From Azolla caroliniana (taxonomy: Eukaryota > Plantae > Polypodiophyta): a stretch of DNA of 64,000 nt. Shown here in pieces: positions 1-13,676 of this stretch; position 1 is the stretch's first letter; each line of letters begins with the position of its first letter. The notes beneath the pieces were generated by a model that saw only the letters and a program-made list of their open reading frames with translations, was not told where the DNA came from and did not search any database. The DNA lies in contig JBHGNT010000017.1 in assembly GCA_043228905.1 (NCBI GenBank), positions 744,001-808,000 on the forward strand. Reading direction: 5' to 3'. The position numbers and the translations under genes are program-made.

Positions 1-963
1 TGGCTTTAAACTACCTCTTGGGCATCCGAGTTTTGTCCACCCAAAACTATTTATCCAATTCAATCTCTGTCAAAGCCCTCTTTAAATCTTTTCTTTCCCA
101 ATTTGTTTGTGGACTCTGAATATTTAAGCCCCCTCTTTTAAGTACGGGCTTAAAAGAGGATTTCCAAGTTGGTTCTAAGAGAGCATAAAAAAGCGGACAT
201 GTTAACACCAATACAAAATATAAAACATGACAATGTTGGCACTAGAGTATATACGTTGTAAAATGAAGGTGGTTTCAAATTTATTAAATTGCATAAACCA
301 AAGAGGTTCCTAACACCTAAAGCCCCAAGTGTTTAGATGGTTGTGCCAAATTGAGACCCATGGAATTACTTGCAATTTGTGCATGAGAGATGCCCTGAGA
401 AGTCAATGATTGTATGATGAAAGAAATCACTCATCTATATTTTCATAGTAGGATATTATGATCAAGGACAATGCTAGTAGGACAAGACTTTTGCATGACT
501 CCCAATAAGATTAACCTTCATCCCTTTCTTAGTGTCTCCTTGCTAAAATTTGATGCATTGACATCCTCAAAGTCGCCCTCTATTGGGATCACGTTGTAAA
601 TCCTCAACCATTTATAGATGCTTAAAAGGATCAAGGCTTATTGTTTTTGTGGCACTTGCATTATCAAAAGTATTCATATGGTTGCATAATGACCAATGTA
701 ATATTATACATGTCATCCTCCAACAGTTGGTCATTATACAAATTTCATTGTATTATGTATAATGACCAATGGTTGGAGACAATTTGCCTTCCATTGATTG
801 TTCATCTAGAATTGTAGGAAGAATATGCAAGTTCCACTGCTAATATTTCATGTAGGCATGTTCACATTACCATAGTATATGGTTTCAAAACCAGGTATGT
901 CGTAAGATCTTACCACCCATGGAAAATATTGATAATACCCTCTCTATCAATATCTTGCAAGTT

Positions 964-1052
964 TCTCTCTCTCTCTCTCTCTCTCTACATACATACATAC
1001 ATATACATATACATATACATATATATATGTATATATATATATATATATATAT
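964..1052. repeat. compound microsatellite (CT)n-(TACA/TA)n
   Basis: Directly visible run; explains the spurious ORF 885..1133. Confidence 0.9.
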
Positions 1053-3363
1053 ACTAACCTTATAAAAATGTAATGACATTAGATTGAATTCATTAACCAA
1101 ATATGTTGATCTACATACATAGATACACACCAAGAGTTACATCAACGAGGGAAGGTGGCACTACTTGCATGGGGAAATACCTACCTTGTAACTGTATGAA
1201 TAGAATGGTTAATTGTATGGTTATAATTGATGTTATTGCATGGTTACATGCATCCAAACCCATCTTTTAAGAATTAGGGTCCTCGTGAAACATATAATTC
1301 AAGTACAAAACATTGAATGCATGCAATGTTTTCTTCCACATCCATTATGTGCATGAATGTTATTAGTAGTTTTGCTCACTTATTTTGAGTCATATACCAC
1401 AAATTCAATCTTATTGTCATTATTCTCTCAAACTCCATTCAACTTATGTCACTAATTGCAAGGAAGCAATTATCCCCTTCAAAATCCACGAGGTGCATAT
1501 CAACACGATTGTTAAATCTATTAGTTATGGTTAAAATTGATATCATCACATCATTACATGCATATGCCAATGTTTCTTATGGAAGATTTATTTTAAGCAT
1601 GGGAACATTGACTAGATAAACATAACATTCTTTGGAAATGTACTTGGATTCTTGACAAATCGGGCGCATGATTGGGAATTCACATTGAATATTGCCTCCT
1701 ATATTCTCGATTGCCAATTCATCAAATGAAACTTGGTGAAGACCATGTCACAAAAAGACACATTCAAACTTCAATCTATGCTATTCAACAAAGTTGAGAA
1801 GTAAACCTTTATTAAAATATTCATGTCAAGGTCATTCGAATTTTCCAACCATAGTGAATGACAAGAAAAAGCCTTGGTGTCACGATTCATGATGCCAAGC
1901 TTAGAAATGGTGTAGAATTTTATGATCTAGTAAATGAAAGAGATTTCCACACCATCTTGGAAGGTGCTCATGTTGTCATTTCAAGTTTCACATTCAATCA
2001 TTCACACAAACTAGCATGCTTTTCAACTTTATTCTTTATGCACTTCATAACATTTGCATGCCCACAATAGATCATGATTCATGATAGAGGAGCCATTGGA
2101 AACCTATGCAGTTTACAAATATAAGAACAAGCGAACAAGATAGGCGCTTGAAAAAGACTTCACCTTTGAATATTGGAAAATTGAATCGGATTCACATTCT
2201 CAACACATGGTACCATAAGGAGAATGACACAAAAACCAATGCATCACAATAAGATCATTCATGTATGGTCTTTGGATACCCACTATTTTTTAGCTAAAAA
2301 AAGTATATCCATGGTTGAAAAGCTTGAATGTCTTGGCAATAAAATAAAATAAAATAAATGACACCATTGGCTACTATTCAATTGTCAATTCCAGTGTGGC
2401 ATGTTAAAGTACGAGGGTGATTCTAGAGTTTAATCTCTCATTCAAATCACCCAAAGTATGGTAGTTACAAGAAACATCGTGGCCTTTAACTCTTCGAAAC
2501 CAACCCGATTGTGATGTGTATATGTAATTGGCATAATGAATTCAATGTGGTAATTCCTTTTTCAACACAACAGTCAATATCATAAAGTCTATGCTATGGT
2601 TCACTTTCGATATCAAGTCTAACAAACTCATTGAATGCTTCGAGTTTCAATTTGTTAGCGAAAAGGATAATTAGCATAACACTTCTAAGTTATGAAAAAA
2701 CACAGATAAAGAACTCATTTACATGAGAGAGGCAAAGTTAATGGAATAACCTTATCACTTTATCTTGATTCGTTCTTAAAAAACTCAAATTGTAAACATT
2801 GTAATTAGTGAAAAAAAGAACATATCATCATTTTCAAGTAGAATCCTTACTTAAATCCAAGAGTTCAGCTTCTTAAGCATAAGGGAGGTCACGAGCTATA
2901 TAATCATACTTATACTTGTTCATTTTAAAATGGACAAGGATTCCCTTCATTGATCTCAATGATTTGAGTGCATCAATAAACACCAAAATTGAAAGTTGCC
3001 ACTTGATGGATCACCACATCCTCTAATTGTTAAGTTCATTTTGTTACGGTATAAACTGCCTTCTTTTATGCACACCTTGTGAATAATCATGCAATAACTA
3101 ATGCAAGTAATCAAGCCTCACAATGCAACTGACTTGTATATGTTTCATCTCATCAATAATCCACAACCATTGACACACAAATATTGAAAATATCACTGTT
3201 GAGTTATGCGAGTATCTTTTCGAAAGGGAAGGAATGCCACTTGAAGCTCAACATATTGCTTTGAATATTGAAACAATTCATTTGTGCCATGTTTATTATT
3301 AAAACTTCTCTTTTAAGGCTAACTTGCAATGATTGTGTATTGAATAATGTGCAAAATTGATCT

Positions 3364-3673
3364 TCATACAATGGCATAGAAGGTGCAACTTCGACCCTCG
3401 AAACTTGAGCATGTGAATTATCAATCAACTACAAGTTACAAGTTACAACCTGACACATTCATTTAATATACGAATGTTTTGTTTGATGCTTCAATGCTTA
3501 AAATGCAATATTAATATGTTTTCATACAATGGCATAGAAGGTGCAACTTCAACTCTCAAAACTTGAGCATGTGAATTATCAATAAACTACGAGTTAACAA
3601 CCTGACACATCCATTCAATATATGAATGTTTTGCTTGATGCTCCAATGTTTAAAATGCAATATTAATATGTTT
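3364..3673. repeat. tandem duplication, 2 copies of ~155 bp
   Basis: ttcatacaatggcatagaaggtgcaacttc...aaaatgcaatattaatatgttt occurs at ~3364-3521 and again at ~3520-3673 with scattered substitutions. Confidence 0.85.
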
Positions 3674-4342
3674 GAGGTGTAGCTTTTGGTGATCTGCACA
3701 TGTACACCAATTTCATGGAAAATACCTCTAATCAACCATCCAAAACGAAACTTCATGAAAATATACTTTTGCAATTCCTACTAAAAATTGTTGGAGCTAC
3801 TCTATTGAAGCATCTCCACATTGACCAATCTAGCCATGCTTAGGGATAGAGGGTGAAGAGATTCATTTTAGAGTTGTATCATAATTTCATAAATAACTTA
3901 AGTCGCAAACTACTTTCATAAGTTTTTTTTTTTTCCAAAAAAGCTTTCATAAGTATTAGTTGTATAATGAAAGTAATTGTGACAGTGCATAGATCCCTCC
4001 CCTCACATGAACCTTTGGACATGCCATAAGAAATTTGACAATGAATAATGGACATACATTTAGATGTTATTTTATGCTTTGTTTGGACTCAATCATGCAA
4101 CAATTCCTTAGCACCACCTTAGAAGTTTAAGCACTATTTATGGTGACATCTCAAATTAGAGTTCAAGTTGTGAGAATTCTTATTTCAATTTGTATTTTTT
4201 TTTCCTTAATTAAAAGCTACTAAGCATTGACATGTAGAGAGATCACACATGTGTTCTCGTATCCCAAATACTATTGCATACTTTTTTCAATCATGACTTG
4301 ATGAGAAATATTTGTATTGTTGTCCACATACCCTTAAGTAAT

Positions 4343-4801
4343 TGTTGAGAGACAAGCTCAACATGGGCTGAATTGGCTGAAGAAGAAGACCGCTGAATCG
4401 GTTGAAGACCGATCGAACAGGGCTGAATCGGCTGAAGAAGCTGAGAGCCGAATCGAATAGAGTTCGATTCGGATGAAATCCGAAAGGCCGTTAGGGGCCT
4501 ATATTCCTATTATTGTAAATAGGAATATTATAGACTGTTAGTGTCAGACTCACTTAATGAGCATTCAAGTATTTGTCAGTACTTGTGTTAGCCCACTCAT
4601 TAGGGCTTGTATATAAAGAGTGCTCACTGAGCACGTTGTATGTACAGAGTGTTGATTATTGTTGAATACAAGTGTCGTTGTCTGGTGTCTCTGCCTCATT
4701 GTGTATCCATTCTTTGTGTTTACATAACTGTCGAGTTTCCGAATAACAGACTGTGTACTCTGTGTCTTTCGCTTACGCTTCTACACACATATTCTTTTAT
4801 A
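4343..4801 (+). mobile_element. Ty1/copia solo LTR related to the element at 51025-56843
   Basis: Starts TGTTGAGAGACAAGCTCAACAT as in the 56401 LTR; shares cttaatgagcatt..agta..gtcagtactt and cttgtata..aaag blocks; flanked by GTAAT at 4338-4342 and 4802-4806 (terminal CA decayed to TA); no PBS or PPT next to it. Confidence 0.8.
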
Positions 4802-5899
4802 GTAATACCTTCTAATCTTGGGTGGATATATGCAGTTATGCATTATCTTTAGACTTCAAGGTTAGAAGTCATTGGAGCTTTGAGTCGTTTGGTTGTTATT
4901 CATGAAAATATGAAATGTTTTAGTACATGAAATTACCATATCATTCTTGAAGTTGACATGGAAGTGGCCATGGATTGGCCATTACCCTATAAATTTGCTC
5001 TCTCCATAATAAAAAGGGACAATAAACATGGTCATTCAAACTTCCATTTATATGCTCACACGTTATATGATTATTTGATTTGGCAAATTTTATTTTGTTT
5101 TTTATCGTTATACCATCACTCAATACTCTACCTATATATCATGCTCTTGTGAACAACTAACTTGTGCATATTTTGTTGGTGCACATCAATGCCAGAATAC
5201 GTTTTGATTGTGCTCAATAGTAGGGGGTGGTTGAGAAGTTCACATAATTTTGCTCTTAATGTTGGGGCAATCCACTCCTACATTTAGTGATGACTACATA
5301 GAGAGTGGTTTTCTTGAAGCTAGTTCTTTCCGAAACTTGTTGACTATTTATTGATGTTGTTTCCCATAGCATGGTTTTGAGAATATGCTAGTAGATTATA
5401 CTCTCAACATATATGGAGCCATGAAGGGACACATTCCACCTTTCCTTTGCTCCTAGCTTTCAGATATCAATCAAGATGTCTACATTGTGAACATTAAATG
5501 ATACATCTACAACCCCACTGCAATCCCCTTGCTCCACACCCTCTTTGCCTTTCTCACAAAATGAGGCCCTTAACGCGTGTTTGTCCTCAACATCTATTCA
5601 CAATATCACATCAATTCCTACAACCGGAGTTATTTGTTGCTTTTTCTCGAGCTTAACTGCTCTCTTTAGTGTTCATTTACGTAGGATAGTAGGAGTTTCA
5701 ATCCTCATTCATTTTTTTCAATAAGATCTTAGTATTTTCCTTGATTTCCCTTATTCCTAATTACATATTTTCTATCTCTTGGTCCCCCTTATCACACATG
5801 CTTACTAAATTTTCTACCTAAGGTCGGTTCCATGACTAGGTATACCCAATTTAATTTGGGTTCCTTTCAATACCCAACTTGGCTTGGGCTCCTACGAGT

Positions 5900-6800
5900 C
5901 TCACAATATAACATACACTCATCACTCATCATGCTACCTTGCCGGCATTTTTTTTACCCAAGAAGACTTCCATGTATATCCACCCAATGAGATATGGGGC
6001 CCTTTCAACATGCACATGCCTGACCCAACTTGAACTTGGGCACTGGGTGGTAAACCACACAATATCATTTTTTAATCATTTGAAATTAACATAATCTCCA
6101 CATCACACAATATATCATCATTTCCAATGGAGGTTAGTTTCCTCAAGTAGCTTCATCCAACTTTGTATGAATCAAGGGAATTTGGTGTCGTCAAGCAAGG
6201 CAAGCTCATTGCCTTTGGTTCACTGAAAGGCACATATGCATTACAAATTTAGACATTTCTGACAATTTTTTCTTTAGAAAACATATCCTTCCATTAGTTT
6301 AAAAAACCATATCAGCTTCAAAATACAAAATGATGGAAAGGAGATGATTATCCTTCCCCAACCCGTCTTGTGTAAGACAATAGCTAGCCATGATTCCTTC
6401 TTTTGATAGACTTGATTGAACACTTCCTCAATAGTTGAAACATACCATGAATTTGCATATGTTCAAACCAAATCAATCTTCCTCATCATGTTCATATTCA
6501 GCATATCCAGATACCACCTTTGGGTCATCGATCACATGCATCCAATATACCCCCACATTTACAATGACCAAGCATCCTCTATTTTCCATATTCAACGTAA
6601 AACTCAATCAAAGCATTATGGTATAGAGGTCATTTTGTATGCCTCGATCCATGATTCCAACATGTATGAACATACTGTCATGTAAAGCCATGTGATCAAC
6701 ACCCACTTTAAGGGATCTCAGCCCTTCGACCAATTTATATGCATATGATAACCTTCCACATGTTGCATGCAATCAACAGTGCTTTCTGACACTTTCTTTC
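5900..6800 (+). mobile_element. highly degenerate Ty3/gypsy pol remnant
   Basis: GVVKQGKLIAFGSLK at ~6184-6228 resembles the gypsy RNase H GAVLxQxGxPIAFxSxKL motif. Boundaries are approximate. Confidence 0.3.
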
Positions 6801-8699
6801 CTTATTCCTTTTATTATTATATTTCATTTCATTTATTTTCATTCTCTTGAGCATTTGTCTAGCCTTGCGTTGGACCTAGAAAATGTTTTACTATCCTCAC
6901 CTTCCTAATTATTTTATTCTATCACTATATGAGAAGCCTTATCCCTTTGTGATATCTAATATCTATGTTGACTTTTTCCTAGTGATCTTCCACAAATTTT
7001 GAATTATTCCTTGCACCCTAGCTGCGTCTACTAACACCATCACTTAGATGGTAACAAGTCCTTTGAATGCCTTGAAAGCCTCTATCTCACCTAAAATGCC
7101 TCGTTTTGCAAGTATTCCTTGAAGGAATTTGTCCTATTGGGCGTTTTGAGCTTGCATCTAGGTCTTGAAAACTTGTTGGATCTTGTTCCTCCTATTTGCA
7201 TTTCATGGAATGCTCTGACTCCTACTTTTACCTTGTGTTTTAGGTTCCTTCCCCAATTGCATGGGTTTTATTCATGGTTCATCAACATATATTCATGGGT
7301 CATTGATTCTTGATATATTCAGATAATTTTGATGAAAGAGCTCATCTCTTTAACTTAAACTTCATTTTTAAGGTGGACACTAAGAGAACTAAGATGTTAA
7401 GGAGTGCACATGTTCCCCTCACTTGAATCTTAATAGCCTCCGTTCAACATCTAGTTTGTTGCTAGAGGGGTTGTTAGCACATATGGCATCCCCTCTTCTT
7501 CTTAAGTATTGGGACAATTTTGATCAAGGAGCTTTTTAACTTGGTCTCATATGAATAGAACTTCATCTTCAAGGGAGAGAATAAGAGACTCAAGGGGTTT
7601 TAGAGTCCCTTGTTTGAATCTTAATATCCTCTCATCATGTCTTGAATTTTCTTGTGCTAAAAAGATTGATTTGGAGCACATGTGCTAATTTTTTATAGTT
7701 AAGGGAACAATTGAGCACCTCAATCCATGAAGTATGCATGTAGTCTCACAATATTTTATAACCGCATGAGTGTCAAAAACTTTATAACTTGACAACAAAC
7801 TTTACAAGAGAATATAATTTAAGCTCGACAACCTACACACCCACACAAACTTGCAATACTCCACAACTTGTTGGTTGTGACAAAAGCACACTTCAAACAA
7901 CAATATTTGTCTTAGATTTAACACATAATAATCGTTACAAATCACACGCTTAATGAGTATGCACTCATGCTTACTTGTGTAAGATTGTTCTGCCAACTAG
8001 CTTGCTTTTGACCTCTTGCTAATGTCCTTTCTTTCTCTCGCTTTTAAATATGGTCCACAAGCACCTCACTTATGTAATTGATGCAATGGTGAGTTCTAAC
8101 ACACCTACTACAATTTGTGTGCCTTTCATACTTAATCCAAGCAATTGCATATTGCTAGTCCAGATATCTTTAGAGATAGTCCCAAAAGCAAACCCCCAAT
8201 CGGTACTCTCCAAATGAAGACTTTTGCTAAAAATGGCAATTTAGAATGCAATTGCATGTCAAAGATCTACCACCATCTATAGTTAGACTTCGAACCCTCC
8301 ATTCTTGCTCCACCTTAGATAATAGCCATCGAAGGAACTCAATGAAATAATGGTATACATGATTAGTAGTCACTTGTAAAAATGATTGCTCTTAGGTTTG
8401 TATAGGTAAAAAGAACCTTGCATCAATGTTATATGTTGTAGTTGTTGCTAAATAAACCAATAATTGGGCACAACACATAATAATTATTGCACTTCAACAA
8501 ACTCCAAAATCTTTTGAGATCGAGCCTCAACTACATGTCCCACCTCTTTGACGCCCAAACAAAACAAACAATTAAACTGAGAGCACAATCGCTACATTCT
8601 AGGCCAACATAATAATCAAGAATACATGATTAAATCTTTTGCAAATAATTACAATGCTCTCTTATTGATGTGATGTCCATACAAATAAGGAGATAACAA

Positions 8700-9050
8700 A
8701 ATGTTGAACACATGAAGTACGAAGAATTTTAAATGGAACACTTCCATTAAGTAATTGCTATCACAATTCGTAAATCATTATCTTCCCATGTGACATTATA
8801 CCCTCATTCTCATTGAAATATTGGGCAATAGGTTTGAGTTTGAACAGAAGTCTTGCAATAATGAAAGTCTACAAGCTCTTTTATGCCTAGATAAGTCAAA
8901 TATTACCGCTCCCCCAAGCGTTTAGGGTTTGCCAGATGTTTTCTCGTGATCCATGTGATTACCATCTTATCCCTCTTTCTCCACAACGAATATCGAAGAG
9001 GTCACAAAACGTAACACAAAGTCTTCTTTGTCCATGGTAACAATGACAAG
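8700..9050 (-). mobile_element. degenerate LINE ORF2 fragment
   Basis: Minus-strand translation WITRKHLANPKRLGGAVIFDL resembles the L1 post-RT W..I..PK..GGLG..DL motif. Boundaries are approximate. Confidence 0.4.
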
Positions 9051-11463
9051 TAATACAATATCATGAGTTCTATAATACATTGTACAACTTTAAGGCGAAA
9101 TGGTCAAGATTGTGACTTTCTCCTTCTCCCACCCATCCCCCCTCTCTCTCTTCATGTCTTTTTCGAATATTGCACATGTTCATTCCTAAAGTTAATTCAA
9201 TAGTATCTATTTGTATGTTTGTGACCTTTTGAATTATCTATGACCAAATTATCCAAATGGAATATCATACAATTTAATAAACATTTTATCCTTCAATCCT
9301 ACTCAATATCCAACTTTATAATCTCTCTTTCTTTGATCATGTTGCCCCCCCTCGACTGACGTTAATATATCATCATCATCTTCTTAGTGTATCTTCCCTT
9401 TTTAATAAAAAATGATCAAATCCACACCTTTGGATCCCCTTGTTTCCTTTTATGAATCTTATCCTTAAATTACATCTTCTAGGCCACCAATGAAGACAAA
9501 TTTCCGTTGTTTGTAGGGTCATGGTAACTAAACACTAATTACAATTCATTTGTTTATTATTATTCAAGAGTATCTTTCTCGTGAGCATTGACAATTTACC
9601 TCTGTAATTTGACCACTTTTAAGTTCTCATATAATTATATAACATATTGTCTGAGATTTCTCCTCCTCTTAACTTTGAAGCAAACTTAATTTTACTATGC
9701 ACAAAAGTTACTATAGATTGTTTAATGGTAAGTAAAAAAACAATGCACACTTTACAAACCTTCAGAAAATTCGTGTGAATGGAAGGCAGAAGATTTGCAA
9801 CAACTTTTTAGTTGTTTTGTGTGTCACGAGTTTTTAAAGCTTATCAACAATATGGCATTCATGTTGTGAGAAATGTGAAGTACTAAATGTGCCATCCTTT
9901 TCCAATATCAAAATATTCAACAAATGTCATGTTTTCGTTTCGAGTACGTCTTCTAGGTAGACAAAAACAACTATAATGTATTCTAAAACATGTCTTCTAT
10001 TTTATGGGTTCATAAGCTCCAATGTATTACAACACTCATTTGGTAACTTTTTGGTATCTCATGAGTATATTTGTTGTAGTGTAAAAGAGAAGAAGTGTGA
10101 GTGGTTATTGCTCCTTGACATAAAATAGTTGTTCGAAATTGTCTACATCAGCTCCTTGAAATAAAACAATTGTTGGATTGTCCATATATATAAATATGAG
10201 CATATCATTGCTAATGATCACACTAGATCCAAGGTACGCACATGAATCCCAAGTTCAACTTCAAGTTATGGTCCTCTATACATATTTGATCTCCAAAATT
10301 TACCAAACTTTGGCTTGTTTATGAAAGAGAGAGACACATGTGTGCACATACACAAAGCTTTTGTCTCTATATATACATTTTCAAGTACATGAACATGATG
10401 TTCTTATTACATGCATGAAAGTATATAAATATGTGCTCTATGTTAAAAGGTTCTTAGTACTTACCTCAAAAATATTTTATCATGGTTTTTTTGGTTTCCC
10501 TTAGTTAGGCCTAAGCTAAAAATGAGGGAAAATTGGATTAATGTGCTAGGACATCTCCAATGAGGACACATTATTTATATCAAAGTTCCCAAATGCTTTG
10601 ATATACTTCTATTACAATGTAGCGTGTTTATTATATTTTATGTTGTTGTTCTTCTAATAATGGAGTATGCCTTATGTAATTCAAGTCAAGTACTTTCATG
10701 AAATTTGCATTGGTTTGAGTTGTAAGCTATAGGATTTTTGGAGGGCCTTGAGACACATCCATACTACATACGTAAAAGCTCTTTCTTATCAAAGAACACA
10801 AGGTAAAGAAACATTTGGGACCAAGCATTCCCATCAATACCATAAGTATTCACAAATATGAGGCCATAAACAAGTCTTGGTTGTTTTTTGCATCTATATA
10901 ACATGCATATCCTATTGAGAACAAGTGTGCCAATCAAATCTTTACATGTATGCCATTTACATATCTACCCCATGCATCTTTGACTTCCAAAAAGAACATT
11001 ATTGACTCTTCCCCAACAATTGACACATTGAAATGCGGATATGATGGGAAGAGTGATGGACCTGTTAGAAAGTGTCCTCACCTTTCGCATTTGTCTATTT
11101 GATAAGCTTAAATAACTAAGAGCATCACTAACAACTCAAGACACTTTTCACCAATGAAAACACAAAAGCGACTATTAAGTGCTTGATTAAGGAATCATTT
11201 GACACAATCCAATGCAATGGCATTAAAGGCTAAAAGAGTTGTGCATGTGGGCTCTTGCTTAATAAACCTATGTATGTTGAGGTTAGGAACTTTATAGTAT
11301 CAACAAACTTCCACAATTAGTGGGGTTCTACTAGAATGGCATAACTACAAATAATGTAGATAAGCAAATCAATTTTTTATAACTTTTGATGCATCCACAT
11401 TCTCCTATAAGACCTTGCTTCCTTAGAATCATTTGCCATAAAAAACCATAAAAATGTATGGAA

Positions 11464-12570
11464 CGTAACCGTGTTTCAAAGGAACTTGATAAGGCAATTC
11501 AACTTATTATTGCATTTATTTTATCCAATAAGTAAATTGTAGAATTCTTTTTCATTTTGAACAATGTTCAAGAGTTCCAAATCCTCCCCAATAATAATTT
11601 CTTGACAAATATCCAACAAATTATATGTACTTTCAATTGTGTTTTCTTAATACCATTTTAATTCTTATGTAGTCTCCATAGTGGGGGTTGTGGTGCATTA
11701 AGTTAGTCTCAAACATCAAATAGTTCCAAACATGATTGGGATTTACCAAACAACCTAGTCCCAATCCCAACATGTTAGGCCCTATATAAAGAGATGGAAC
11801 TAGGAGGAAGAGGCATTGTTTGTTATTTCCCAAAACTTGGGACCTCTTTGTAACATTTGAGTTGTATAATATAAAAGCTCATTTTGAGTCTCCGTCTTGT
11901 GCTCCTAGTTTTTCTTTTAACCTAACAATATTTTAAGGGCGTAACACTTGGTATCATAACACAAATCGTGATCAGAGTAGGACATGCCTAAGAAGGGACG
12001 GTCAACAACTTCTTTATAGAGAGAAGCAAATTAGGATATAACCTAGTCGACGACAATTTTAAGGAACCAAATGAAGAAAGCAACACTCCCCAAGATGGCG
12101 GGGTTACCAAAATGGAAGAGTCAAAGAGGAAGAATTGGAGTTTAGAAGCTACAAGCTTGTTCCCCGCATGGACTACTCGGGAATGCAAGAGTCCCTAGTA
12201 CTCAACAAATATATTTGCGACACAGAAAGCTATTTGGAGCTCTATCGTGTGCGACCAAGAGCATGGGAGGATGTAATAAATTGATTCCTATTTGAAGACG
12301 CCTATAAATCATACTTGTTGGTAGAGGAAAAGAGCCCCTCGAGGATTGGGAGGAGTTTAAGCAGAGAATGCCAGACTACTTCATGCCACCAAATGAGCCA
12401 TATAAATTACAAGATGAACGGAGATAATTGAAACAAGAATCCAGGAAACTCAAGGAGTATATTATTAAATATTGAAGAATAATGTTACAAATTATTAACA
12501 TGCACAAATTTGACACGTTGCATGGGTTTTTTTATGGTTTACGACCTTTAGTATGAAGGGACGTCGAGGA
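11464..12570 (+). mobile_element. degenerate LTR retrotransposon 5' end (LTR, PBS, gag remnant; probably Ty3/gypsy)
   Basis: LTR-like segment with ctatataaa ending gtaaca at 11946, then a decayed tRNA-iMet PBS tggtatcataac (11949-11960), then a broken gag-like frame (LKQ...EY...F..GLRP). Confidence 0.5.
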
Positions 12571-13676
12571 ACCTAGAATATGTGAACCTAAACCTTGACT
12601 TCAAAATTACCTTCCAGATTTTTCTAATCCCCAATACTTCTTCTAAAAGCTTCTAATCAAGTCCTTACTCTCATGTCATCCACTGTGGCTACAAATCCCT
12701 TAGCACCTTGTTTATGACACCCCAAGCCTCATCTTATGATTCCCAACTAAATCATCTCCAATCTCAATTCTCATTTCATAAACTACTTATATTCTAGCTC
12801 CTTTATGGAGCATTGTCTTGTGTTGAGGATCTAATACCATTATCATAAGCAAATATTATTATGACACTTATTTAAGCTTGGCCCTATTGGAAGTTGAGTG
12901 TTGAGGTAATCTAATGTTCAAGGACAACCCACTTCACCAAATCTTGAGTCTAGTTCATACAAATAGGTTCAATAAGTTCACTCAACAAAGATGATGTACT
13001 TATTCTCCTTGTGATAAACCTTGACCATTTGCACCAAAGCCAATGTAGTTATTGAATGTCCATGTATATCAAACAATTTGCCTTTTTGTTCTTAAATTGG
13101 TAAACATATTTGTTGCACGCCTTCAAGATCAATATTTGAATTGATAGTGGAAAGGACGTTTCAGAACATGCAAAATGGGCATATAAGGCATTTTATCAAA
13201 GTGATTCAGATAAATAGAAAGCATTAAGGAAATAGACAATAACAAACTATATTAAGGATCATTGCTCAAACAATAAAAAATAAACAAAGGAAATAGAGTG
13301 ACTCCATTTCTTTAAGATATTATTACAAAGTTAAGCATAGTTTTGCATTGTGGCCTTGTGGCTTCATAATACATATCCAAGCTCTAGACAAGTGAACTCA
13401 ATGTTTCACAATTTCAACGAGGCCTAATATGCATATATGAACATGCTTGCGTCTCAATATTGTCCCAATAGCAAATGAATCCATAAATAAATAACTTCCA
13501 TCAGCGTGACATGACCCAATTTCAAATTCAAATAATCAAACTTTGTTTGATTTATGATCTTACGCAATATAAACAAAGCAAATGTATCAAATTTCATCTT
13601 CAGATTGATGCTTAAAAAAGCATACACAGATCGAGTGGAAAAATGTCATGCTGGGAGTTTGTGAAGCATTCCAAAT

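Noticed and set aside
1100-3300. Host gene or transposase remnant
   Set aside because: Short broken frames with no recognisable motif or consistent splice structure.
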